Shown here: positions 52,577-64,000 of the stretch, one piece after another
How positions within the stretch are numbered: position 1 is the stretch's first letter
Layout of the letters: every line of letters begins with the position of its first letter
Assembly: GCA_036172245.1 (NCBI GenBank)
Contig: JAYWIR010000068.1
Coordinates: forward strand, 310,001 to 374,000
Direction of reading: 5' to 3'
DNA length: 64,000 bases
From: Raillietiella orientalis
Taxonomy: Eukaryota
Program-made: the position numbers and the translations under genes
The notes under the pieces: generated by a model
What the model was told of the DNA's origin: nothing
The model's input: the letters and a program-made list of their open reading frames with translations, nothing else
Database searches by the model: none

Positions 52577-53112
52577 GGTGCACTTTCACGCACGTGCATC
52601 CGAGGCGTCACTCGTCGAATCGCTCGTCGCTCGCCGCCACCTGCATTTCCCCGTCCACGTCCTCCGACGGGGGTCCCACGACCACGGACACGCACGCTTG
52701 GCCCACCACCGGCACTTTGGGCCTTTTGCTTGTGGTCGTCGGGATCACTTCCCCGTGCAGAATCCGGGATGAGCTGAAGCCACTACTTTCTCCCAGTTTC
52801 CAGATTTCCGCCAGCGGGCAAGTGCACGCTGCCCAACCTGCAACAGGTTGCATCCATGCATACCATCGATGACCTGACGCCCTGGGAATCGAGAAGGAGA
52901 GTTTAGAGAAACGCAGGCATACGAGGCTTTGTCCCGAAATGCTCTCTCTTGGCCCGCATTCGGTAGGTTGATCCGTGATCGAACGGTACAGGAAGGGAAA
53001 GCATGGTGCCAACACGTTCTTGCAAAGGTTGTTACTGTGCTTTGCATTTGCGAGGTGCAAAGGAGGCACTCACGTGGCAGCTGTTCCGTTGTCGTGCACG
53101 CTCTTTTCCGCA

Positions 53113-56038
53113 TTATGTGTGTTTCTCTGGAAACACTCTCCCTTCATGCCGATTTTCTCCAGTTACCTCCTGAGGGGAAGAGGAAGCTGCGCTTCTCCTC
53201 CAGGATAAGGAGGCGTTTCTTATCCGGTCGTGGTCAACAGCATCTTCGACATTTCGAAGAGCAGTCCGACTCCACTGGCTACAGAGACAGTGAGCGGGAA
53301 AAAAAACAAAAGGCGGTCCATAACACGGTCTCGCTGGCATGGAACCGATTTTCCTGGATGCGCTCCTCCATTACGGCATGCCCAGTGCACATTCTTCGGA
53401 AAGAAACAGGTTGCGTATCTATTCGATCCTCTGATGGTTCCCTTTAAAGTAAGAATCAGGCGGTTCCCAAATATATACCATGGTTGACGGGTTGGAGAAC
53501 AACGCCAATCGACGCGGAGCGATGCAACCGCACGCTTTGCATTGCCTCGAATGTCATGGGAGGACCGCGTGCAAGACGTGTGCTGTGCAAGAAGGAGGCG
53601 GAAGACAAAAATCCTTTCTGTTCGAAACGTGCAGTTGCTTCGAAGGAATGGTGGGAAGCACTCGAGCTGTGCGGGTTTTGCTGTGGCTGCGGACCTTCAA
53701 ATGGGAGCTGAAATGCGAGAAACTTCCCCTGTCCCTTATCTGCCGGTCCCTCTCCTTCATGGCCAATAACCATCAAAATTGTTTGCTTGTCGATGTCGAA
53801 AGTTCGCAGCTTTATCTGCTGCCTTCGGCGTGGACTTCAGTGTATTTTATCACAGATGGTGCATTCCTTGAGGTATTCTATTGACAAACAACGAAGACAA
53901 ATTTGGAATGTTGTACTGGGAAATATCGAGCTTCGAGAATTTGGCTCTGATCCCATCGAGATTTGGTTGGCTGGATCTGCAGCTGCTGCTGAAACTTCCT
54001 TCCCCCCTCCGGTTTGTTGCCCGGATGCATGTTCTGCACTCTGCATTGGCGTGGAAGTTTTTGAATTCACAATGTGATATAGGTGGAAGTCTTTCACACA
54101 CATTCGCAAGGCTTTTTATTCCATGGAAGTTTCGTTCTACATGCCTTCTTCACTTTTCCAATGGCGGTTCAGCTCATTTCAAGAATTCTGCACTCTTTGC
54201 TGCTCTTTTTTGCTGGCCATAGCATCTCTGCTTTTCGGAAAGTGCGCAACTACCGTTCTATGTAAGCTTGAAATCACAAAAAATCACGCTGTGTTTTCTA
54301 ATTTTTTTTTTTTATGTCAGAAGGTCGGTTGACCTTTATGTCATTTATGGAAAGAAGCTTTCGTAAAGAAGCTACGCTCGTCATTCGAAATTCGAATCGG
54401 TTTCGCCGAACTATTTTTGCAGTGGCACCGCTGCTTTCCTTTCGTAAAGACTTCCTTTGGTTTTCTGGCAACGTGTCTAATGGGGCGCTATCCACTTTAT
54501 GCCTTAACACCTCTGGATGCTCCTCTTCACCGTGCTTGCAGAAATACTTTTGCGGCACGCGTGTTGAGCATGGGTTTTCCCTTTCGTTTCCTTGCACCCG
54601 GAGGCAATTTTCTCAGATGAAGCGATGTTGTACAGGCAATCATCTCAGCTGTTACGTCTTTTGTTTTCCGGGGTAGTGTGTGGCAGCCTTGATTCGCCGT
54701 TGGCGAAGTCCTTGGAGTCCCACATGTCGGAAGCAGTCTCAATCCCTACTTTTTCGTCAAGTCTCACCTCACTTTTTTCTGTAAACGCTGAAACCTGCAG
54801 TGACGCACCTTTGGATTATCGGAGACGAAATCCCATCTGGTTTCAATGAACAGAAAGCGGGTTCGAGCATATAGGGATGCTTAATGTGAAGTGGATGTCC
54901 AATGGACGGAGGTCCGTGGCTGGAGAGCCGTTCGTGCAGAGGAAAAACCAGCACCGAACGAAAAGCCCTGAGGCTCGTAGGATGCTATGCATGACCTTTT
55001 ATCGAGCACGTGAGAAAGGATGGCGTAAAGTTGTCGGCAGGAAACTTGGAAAGCTGAAAGGAGGCAGCGAGGCTACAGGAGGGTGCACGAAGTTTGGAAA
55101 GTAGGGCGACTTCATCTTACCTGATGTGCACGCAAGAGTTGCGGCACATAAAGGTCACGTGGAAGCTGCATACTTTGAATATTTGATTTAAACTGGGAGT
55201 TGATGAGAAAAGAGTACCTTCTGCAGGATCAGCGGTGTGGCTCAACTTGTTTTTTAGCACTCTTGTAATTCGTCCTGTATTGCAAAGAAGAATCAGCTGG
55301 GACCGTTCCTAGGTTGGAAGACGTAAATGCAATTCTTTCCTGAAGAACGCTGTGAAAATCTTCTGGCATGTTCGAGAGCGACTTTGTTTCTCTTGCAACT
55401 CTGCGCTCGTTTTCAAGGTTTACAGCGAATGTGCAGAAATGGTTTAATATGTTTGTTTGAGATTTACTCGAATCTCGGATAGTTCGTCTTGAAATTGTCG
55501 GCCTGGAAGGCGAAGGTGCTGCCGATGGAGATGGCTTTTTCCACCTTCCCGCACCTTCCGCAGCGTCAAGGAAGAAAATTTCGTAGGAAAGGAAGGAAGG
55601 AGGTTTTTTTGAGGAACGGCTCATCGAGGTGGAAAGTCATGGTGGTTTTTCTTGGTACGTTTTGGACGGCCAAAACGCTCCAACACGAAACTCCTGCTGA
55701 AGGTTTACACGCAACACGTCCGTGGCTGCTGCTGCTGTTGATGACTGGTCCGTTATGTAAACGGCATCCTCAAGAACCGTTCCGCAGATCCGCTTGAGTG
55801 CGGTCCATGGATGGGATCGAGTCGGAGGTGTGTTTGCGAGAGCGGAGAGCTATATAACGATCCGTTAGGTACTCTTAACCCGCTAACAAAAACGAAGTGT
55901 CACGGTGATTGTGCGGTGGACTCGTTTTGTCTTACCTAATGCTTTGTTCCAACAGTCACGGAAGGAGCCTGCAAGGGTTTCGAGACTTTGCGGCTCCGGC
56001 GAAAGGGTTGTGCATCCGTCCTTTAGCAGGCTAGCCAT
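53113..56038 (-). CDS. Putative multi-exon gene of unknown function; exon structure unresolved
   Basis: Clean candidate first exon 56038-55936 (MASLLKDGCTTLSPEPQSLETLAGSFRDCWNKAL|gtaaga), several acceptor-bounded open segments (e.g. ...HPEVLRHKVDSAPLDTLPENQRK...) and a candidate last exon ending PEKHT* at 53113. I could not join them into one stop-free model. Confidence 0.3.
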
Positions 56039-56181
56039 ACGATCATAATTTGCGTTTTAATGTCACTTTGTAAACGTATCGAGTGCCTCGCATGAACGAA
56101 TGCCCGCACGTGAATGTGAGTACTATCAGTTGAAGATCGATAGGCTGCGTTGCGGTGTGCTCTTCACTTTCTGGCATCAAC

Positions 56182-57822
56182 ATGAGCTTCGCCTTGAAGA
56201 AGTACTCACAATGGGGCTTCCTTATTAGTTTGTTGCCTTTGTTGATCTCGGGGCGTGGTGATGGCGAAGGTAAGTGTCGTGCTGTGATCCTTCATGTCGC
56301 TCTCTCCATCTCCGTAACAGTGCAAAGTGTTTTCACAGATTTAAACGGCTGCCGTTCCGAAGCCCGTGTAACCCTCCACGATGTGAAAAACTATAAACAG
56401 GGGAAAGAGATGAGCGAGGATTGCTTGTCGTGTTGCAATGTGGAATACGTTAGGGAGCTTGAAAAACGGATTCAGACTTTGGAGAAGAAAGCAACAAAAC
56501 AATATCCCAAAGTCAGGCGTTTACCGTTCGAAAACAGAAAACGAATATTGGTGTGCATACTTGTTTACTTCCTTTTTTTTTTTTCCCCCCCTCACCCCCA
56601 CCACCATACAATGTGCAAGCCTATCAATTCCTCAGGTCACTGGAGGTGCAGGATTTGTAGGAAGTCACTTGGTTGACAAACTAATGTACCTGGGACATGA
56701 AGTTATCGTTGCAGACAATTTTTTCACTGGCCGTAAAAGCAATGTTGAGCAGTGGAGTGGACATGAAAATTTTGAATTGCTCAATCATGATGTAACACTT
56801 CCTTTATTTATCGAAGTTGATCAGATTTATCATTTGGCCAGTCCAGCAAGTCCTGTACATTACACATACAACCCTGTGAAAACAATTAAATCGAATACAA
56901 TAGGAACTATCAATATGTTAGGTTAAGAGTTCATTTTAAAACAACAGAAATGTGCACACACTTGTCCTCTTTTGTAGGTCTTGCTAAGAGAGCAAAGGCA
57001 ACTATTTTACTTGCTAGTACTTCAGAAGTTTATGGTGACCCCCAGGTTCACCCTCAACCAGAATCCTACTGGGGTCATGTTAACCCTATAGGTAAATGAA
57101 CAAACATGTAAGCTGTAGCTATTTTTTATGTGTAGGTTCCAGAGCTTGCTATGATGAAAGCAAGAGAGTAGCAGAAGCATTGGTATATGCATATGCTCAA
57201 AAAGAGAATGTCTCTGTTCGTGTAGCTCGAATCTTCAACACATTTGGTCCCCGTATGCAGCTGCACGATGGTAGAGCTGTATCTAATTTCATAATTCAAG
57301 CTTTGCTCAATGAATCACTAAGCGTAAGTATCATATTTTGCTAATTTAAGGCTCTATTTGTGTATTGAATCTGTACAATCAACACAATCAACCTTACAAA
57401 CTGAGATTCCAATACATTCATAGGTTCATGGAACTGGACAACAAACACGTTCATTTATGTACATATCTGATCTGGTGCCTGGACTGATTGCCTTGATGGA
57501 ATCTAATTACACTCATCCAGTTAACCTGGGCAACCCTGATGAGAGAACAATACTGAATCTGGCAGAAACCATCTTGGCTACTATCAAGCACACAAAAAGT
57601 ACTGTTAAACATTATCCTGCATTAGCTGATGATCCACAGCATCGCCAGCCAGATATTAGTACAGCTAAAAAAGAGTTAAAATGGCAACCAAAGGTAAATT
57701 TGCCTGATGTTAGGTGGGCATCTATCTCAGGTCTGCCCACTGTCAAATAGGTTACACTGGAAGAGGGCCTACTGCACAGTATTCAGTATACACACGATGC
57801 TTTACAACAGGGCTTGCTATAA
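56182..57822 (+). CDS. UXS1: UDP-glucuronate decarboxylase / UDP-xylose synthase (sqv-1 orthologue), ~415 aa; exons 56182-56269, 56321-56550, 56636-56921, 56978-57091, 57136-57323, 57424-57693, 57751-57822
   Basis: [103 protein letters not shown] introns; 1248 nt in frame. Start codon and exon 2 acceptor are less certain. Confidence 0.97.
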
Positions 57823-57890
57823 CAGAGAATTTAAGATCATATTAAATGCCATCTAAACAGTACAATGCTTCGCTAACAACATACTGTCGA

Positions 57891-59486
57891 TCATAACATG
57901 AGCATATCAAGCTTGACGGACAATTTAGCATCCTTAGCTAATGTCACAATATTGGAAGCTTTGACAGCTACTGTGGCTGCCTCATCCACATTATCGCAGG
58001 CAATAATCTTTAAAGTAGAAGCAGCAATCAGTGCCTTTGCATCTTCCACATTGGTCCCCTTTTTAAATATGACCATATAAGTCAGCTGATGTAAGAAAAC
58101 ACTTACCTGGAGCCTGGCAACAATTGGAATCTGTAAGTTTATCTCCTGTGCTGCCTCCAGCACTCCTTGTGCAATAAGGTCACATCTCATAATACCACCA
58201 AAGATGTTCACCAAGATCACATTCACCTATATCTGATACATGAATCTGGATGAAGTGATCGTGCACAAGTGCTTACCTTGGGATCAGATGTGATAATACG
58301 AAATGCTTCTTTAACTTGATTGACATTTGCAGCACCACCTACATCTAGGAAGTTCGCAGGTTCTCCTCCATGATATTTGATGACATCCATAGTTGCCATG
58401 GCTAAACCAGCACCATTTACAAGACAACCAATGTTCCCTTTAAAGAAAATATTGTAAATATCTCCTTATTTCCCGAATATGCGTTTCACCATCCAGAGTG
58501 ATGTAATTGAGATGACATTGAGAAGCAGCTACTTCTTTTTCATCTTCTTGGGACAAATCTCTCATGCTGAAGAAATGCTTCTGTCGAAATTCAGCACTAT
58601 CATCAAAATTCAGCTTTGCATCCAAACAGCATACTATAATGTATGATGAAATATGTTGCATAATTACATGGCTTACATTCTCCAGTTGACACTTCTGCAA
58701 ATGGATTTATTTCCAACAAAGTCAAATCATATTTGACAAACAACTCATACAGTTTGAGCAGAATCTCAACTGCCGTTTGTTTGTTGCGGGGACTAACTTC
58801 TATTTTATCAGCTATATCTGAAGCTTGACCAGGGTTCATTCCACTTAATATGTTGATCGGAATTTTCAAAACAGCATCTGGATATTCTTTGGCTACTTCT
58901 TCAATGTTAATGCCTCCCATTGATGAAGCAACCACGACAGGACCCTAAACACTGCTACTGCGAAAATAGCCAAAACATGTACACTCACATTGAAGCTTTG
59001 CTCCATCATTAAGCTGATATAATATTCTTTCCTCTGATATTTCCTTTCACATACCAAAACTGAACTGCATTTAAGACCTCTTTCATTGGTTTGTTTGGTA
59101 ATCAAATAATTTCCAATCATCTTGGCTGCAGTTGTTCGTACTTCTTCTGGACTATATAATATCTTAATTCCTTTGTTAAACAAAAAGTTCTTTACAAATA
59201 CTTACCTAAAAACTAGCTTGACTCCTCCTTTCAAGCCTTCATTGAGCCACACACCTTTGCCTCTACCTCCTGTTAATACTTGAGCTTTAATCACAAAATC
59301 TTCAAGTCCGTTCTCTGCTTGAAGCATTTGTGCAACTTCAAAAGCTTCATCAGGTGTTTTCGCGAGAGCAAATTTGGGTACCGGTATACCCAAATCATTC
59401 ATCAATGTTAAACCGACATTTTCGTGAACATGTAGTTTTCTCCTAATAGTATGCCAAAATGGCTTGCCGAGATTGTGAAAAAGCAT
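57891..59486 (-). CDS. SUCLA2: Succinyl-CoA ligase ADP-forming beta subunit, mitochondrial, 434 aa; exons 59486-59206, 59151-58989, 58944-58677, 58633-58490, 58437-58277, 58226-58107, 58058-57891
   Basis: [101 protein letters not shown]. The VCERKY segment favours SUCLA2 over SUCLG2. 1305 nt in frame. Confidence 0.95.
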
Positions 59487-61189
59487 TTACAATATATTTT
59501 TTATTTCCGTATGAATCAAGGCATGTGCAAACTAAAAAACAGGCATGTTTAAGTTTTTGCACTGTTCCATTGCTTTCAATTTCGATGACATCGTGCTACT
59601 GTCAACACTGAATTTTAGAATGCAATGCTACTTTCTGCTATTTCTACTGGGTGCGCACACAATGCTGAAAACACGCAAAAGATGTCAAGGGTTACTGCAA
59701 TCGACTGCAAACACAAAAATCTATTTCAAACCACACTCTCAACAAATTCGAACATTTCAAAGAATGCTTCTTCATGTGGTCGGTGCAGCTTAATTTTCTG
59801 AAGCGGTGATGCCTTTCCAAAGACGCTCTCATTCACCCTTTACACACGGTTCAATTTTGGATTGCACCATTCTGCTTCGCACGCAACGCCACGCAGTACA
59901 ACCAGATATGCAAATCGTACATGTACACCACACACATCACATCGAAATCGGGTTCCACATCAGGGCTTTGTACGGCGGGGGAGGAGCACGGAGGGGTCAT
60001 CCGATGTGGCGCTCAGAGTACACTGTCCGTTCCCATGCAGGTCGAAAGGAAAGGACACGGGTTCCAACAGGGCTGGAGGGTGCATCCTCCAACGGCCAGG
60101 CATTTGAAGGCTGCATGTCTTACAGAAACGTCAAACATTCCAGGAAGAGAGTTACCGCAATAGCGCATACGGAAGAGTCGTTTTCAATTGTTTACAAGAA
60201 CTGGCAAAAGGGATACCATGCCCCTCCCTCCCCCCCCCCGCAAAACAAAAGTAAAGCAAAAAGAAATTGACGAAAGAGCTGACCGAAAACGAGCAGAAAT
60301 AGAAAGGAAGTCGAAATTGCAAATTGAAGAATGTTAAACCACCTTAAGAAGAGTGTGTCTTTATGAATTTAAGGACGAATTCCACTTTGGTATTCAGGTG
60401 TTTATGAAACCGCTATTCGAAAAGATTAACAGGAAACACAAGTGGACGCAAAACTCAAACTGTCTAAGACAAATTTGATCAAAATAACATCGACCAGAGC
60501 TTTCTCCTCATCATACCAGAATCCTTTTACCTATCACTCCTTACGACTTACAGTTTCTTCCTGTTTTACAATTAATCATTTCTTCCAACCATTTTTATCA
60601 CTGCAACACACTTGATAAGGAAACCCTTATTTCATCTTAATTAACCAATAAATATATACTTTAGTGATGACATTTTCATTTCTCATACCACCTTATGAAT
60701 AATTTTTCCCTTGAGTCAAACTCTTCTACACAATGTCTGCCAGGGATGGCACCATTATGAGGTCACCGTCATCATCGTGTTCAACATTTACACTCATTCG
60801 TCGTTCTTGAGAAATGGAGAGTTCAAAATTACTTCACTCACTAATGAATTCATTTAGTCATCCTTCATTGGGTATCTTGTTCTAGTAAGGTTAAACGTTT
60901 TCGATCTAAGCATAATTTCCTTCATTCTTTAGGTTTTTGTTGCCTATTTTTGCTATCAACCTTTCGAGTTGTGGCCAAATTTCTTTTCTTTGAGGCACAG
61001 AATATTTGTGTACTTGAGAAACATATTCAGCTATCTACACAACATTTGTGTTTCTGCATTACTTTAGATGACGCACTTACATTCCCATGCATAAAATAGT
61101 AAATCCTTGATTTTTTCTTGTTTTCATTGGAGAACATTGAATGGAAAAGTCTTCTTGCTTATGCCGTACACCAATTTGAGTTCCATCAA

Positions 61190-61491
61190 CTCAACTGCTG
61201 CTTGTTTGTTGCGAGCACTAACTTCTATTTTATCAGCTATATCTGAAGCTTGACCAGGGCTCATTCCATTTAATATGTTGATTGGAATTTTCAAAACAGG
61301 ATCTGGATATTCTTTGGCTACTTCTTCAACGTTAATGCCTCCCATTGAAGAAGCAACCACGACAGGACCCTAAACACTGCTACTGCAAAAATAGCCAAAA
61401 CGTACGCTCACATTAAAGCTTTGCTCCACCATTAAGCTGATATAATATTCTTTCTTCTGATATTCCTTTCACGTACCAAGACTGAACTGCA
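61190..61491 (-). pseudogene. SUCLA2: Duplicated SUCLA2 fragment (end of exon 2, intron 2, most of exon 3)
   Basis: Closely similar to 58766-59069, keeps the intron, has a 1-nt deletion (aggaat vs aggaaat on minus) and has no flanking exons. Confidence 0.93.
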
Positions 61492-64000
61492 CTGAAGAGG
61501 AAAAGCAGTTGCTCAGTGGATTCGGCATTTCTTGAGAACTAGTAGCAAAACTAATGTTTCTCTGCCAGTTATTCTCTTACAATCATCTTGTCTGTCTTTG
61601 TTATCTTATAGAGCAGTTCAATTTACTTAACACATTTCCTTTTCCCTGCCTTTTGTGAGCATGAAGAGGTAAGTCATGCTAATGATCCTTGTGGTTGGAT
61701 CGAAAACGAAAGCCATAGAAGGAATTTTCCTAAACACCCAACACCAGCTGTAAGCGTTCTTTTTTTTTTTATGTACATGAAATGTTCGTCCATCGTAATC
61801 CTCAAAATAAACTGCTTTCGATTAGTCATTCATCCTCAATGAAACACACGAATCTCTGAATCAAAGCCTTTTGCACACTTTTGTTTTTTGTAGTTTTTGT
61901 ACATGATATAGATTGAGCTGCTAATTTGCAGCGAGGACAATACGGAAGTCGTTATTAATTCTAGTTATAGATATCCTTCTTGTGTTTGTTTTTATATTCA
62001 TCTCATGATTGCATGTTCGGCATCTTTGCATTTCTCAAGGGACTATAATTTCACTTTTACATCGACAATGTATTTTCTTTGGGGTGGTATTCAAAACATT
62101 CGCTGCCACTGGAAGCTTTCAATATGCCTAACATTCAGTTTGAGAATTGCAGAATTACCCCAACGCCTGAAAGTACCAACGGAAAACCCTTACTCTGAAT
62201 AGAATAATGAAAATGAAGAAGAATAACTCCTGGGACTGCATTTCTAGTTGGCTGGAGGTTACCAACTGTGCTAATTTGGAACAGTTAAGCTTCAAGACCA
62301 AAGGTTAATCCAAATCGACAATTAGATGAACCTAAACTTAAGAACAAAAGCAAGTCTGCATCTGATCTCTGAATACATTCCTATAAACTTTCTGTTCATC
62401 AGCTGCAGGCACATGCTTAAAATAATCAATTTCCTTTCTTCCAAGTGGAAATGTCATCTTCACACTGAAATGTAAGCAGTCAATCACATTGTGACAGCCA
62501 TGGATTTTCCTCAGCCAAGGAAGTTACCTTTATATAGAATCCTAAAACTTGGACCAATTCATTCACCCTCCACAAACCAGTCCAAGGGTTCTGTTCCCAA
62601 ATTCAAAAGTTTTCATCTTCATTTACATGTACTGCCCCCAAGTTACAACTGCTTGTCTGGGCATTTAAGAAATGAATAAGCGGAATTTTTGCTGTTCCGA
62701 AATAAGGCTGGAACAGAAGCTAATGCAGCTAAGTATACATGCATATGTATGCAGCAAAAACTGAAGATTAAGCAAATAGAGGTGAATAAATAAAGTGTGA
62801 CAGTAGGCAAAGCAGGCATATGCACGCCAAAATCGTTCCACCTGATGCATCTGGATACTGCATCTGGTTTCTCGTTTCATTTTCTTCCCCAAGAGTTTGA
62901 CTACAACCTTCATTGAGCAGGCATGTTTTGAGGCAAGTTTCAAAAAAAATTCCCAGGAACCACACAGATTGGCTGGGGACCTGTGATTCCTTCCCTTTCA
63001 CTGCTTTGGATGCTGCAACTTTTTGACTTTTGCACTGCTATTAAGGAACAGGAAGCAAAAACAAAACATAACAAAACAAGTTACAAGGTTTATTTCTATC
63101 AGTATGCATTTATGGATACCAAAACGATTTCCTGCTTCAGAAGAAAAAAGGGATACGGGTATTTCCATGCCAACATAGGGGGTAAAATGAAACACATTTA
63201 AAAACAAAACAGAAAGTGGAATTACATCCAGGCCTTTTTAACACCAATGTGTGCTCAACATGTTTCAAAGTTGTAAAAAAATTGCTATTTGAAAAATTGT
63301 TGTCAAACTAACATGCTGCTGCCACCCCACCTGGTGGAATCACCACCCACAAAAGACTTAAAACATACAATTCAGTACATTAAGCCTTTTATTGTTACCT
63401 AGCATGCTGCGAACATGCTGAAACACTTCAACAGATCACACAATCAGGACACGTTCATTAATAACCAATCTTCCATGAAAACTTTTCACAGCATGTTAAC
63501 TTGTGGGTTTTAACTTAAATCTTCATAATGGAGTTGAAAAGGCTTAATTCTTATAACGAGGTGTACCAACATACCTTAAAACATGTCTTTGGTCACAGCT
63601 GTACCAACTCACATTAATGCAAATACATCAACCGAAATTAAATGGCAATATCCATAACACAGCTTACAAAAAGGCCGTTTAAAACCTGAATATGGGAACT
63701 GATTACATCCACAGATAAGAGGCAATGAAGATACCATTTGAAGGTATCAATTCTTAACTGCATTTAAATGAATTCACAATGTCCAGATTCATAATTAGAA
63801 TAACTTGATTGAGACTTGGCAAATTTATTGAGGAAAGTCATAGTTTGTTGCAATTCTGTTACTCCTAATTTTCAGATATTGAGTACGTTGATTACAGTTG
63901 ATTTTGTTATGTTTGCAATTTTTTTGCCATGCTACAGATATATGATGTAACTTTTAGGGGATTCAATGGAAAATTGCCTGCTTTGCTGCAATCTGTGATA

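Larger units (their letters stand above)
46881..55058 (+). repeat. Segmental duplication, copy 2
   Basis: Near-identical to 28182-36372. Confidence 0.98.

Noticed and set aside
55480..55800. In-frame TGAs suggesting selenocysteine or a recoded stop
   Set aside because: TGA terminates SUCLA2 and the POLR1D-like gene, other segments end in TAA/TAG, and I saw no SECIS; introns or decay are simpler explanations.
59806..64000. 154-aa ORF at 59806-60270 and short ORFs to the right edge
   Set aside because: No recognisable domain or consistent splice pattern; AT-rich, apparently intergenic or intronic.
1..64000. CRISPR array, rRNA, prokaryotic defence system
   Set aside because: No spaced direct-repeat array or rRNA motifs seen; the sequence is intron-containing eukaryotic DNA.

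Overview
Eukaryotic (invertebrate) genomic DNA with short GT-AG introns of about 45-60 nt; a clade I nematode such as Trichuris is plausible but not shown. Bases 1 to ~19.9 kb are very GC-rich and low-complexity, and most ORF-track calls there look spurious; only one minus-strand polyQ exon (1-458) is supportable. From ~20 kb the window carries a small Maf bZIP gene (22.7-23.1 kb) and an assembly gap (28085-28181). An ~8.2 kb near-identical duplication (28182-36372 = 46881-55058) contains a POLR1D-isoform-2-like gene, OGFOD1 and part of an unknown gene. OGFOD1 is intact in copy 1 and frameshifted in copy 2. Between the copies lie a decayed UXS1 remnant and several heavily decayed Ty3/Gypsy relics. 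After copy 2 come an intact UXS1, an intact SUCLA2 and a SUCLA2 fragment. A hairpin-dense, probably LTR-derived repeat occurs in at least 3 and possibly 5 copies. Gene identities come from my recall of family motifs, not from database searches.
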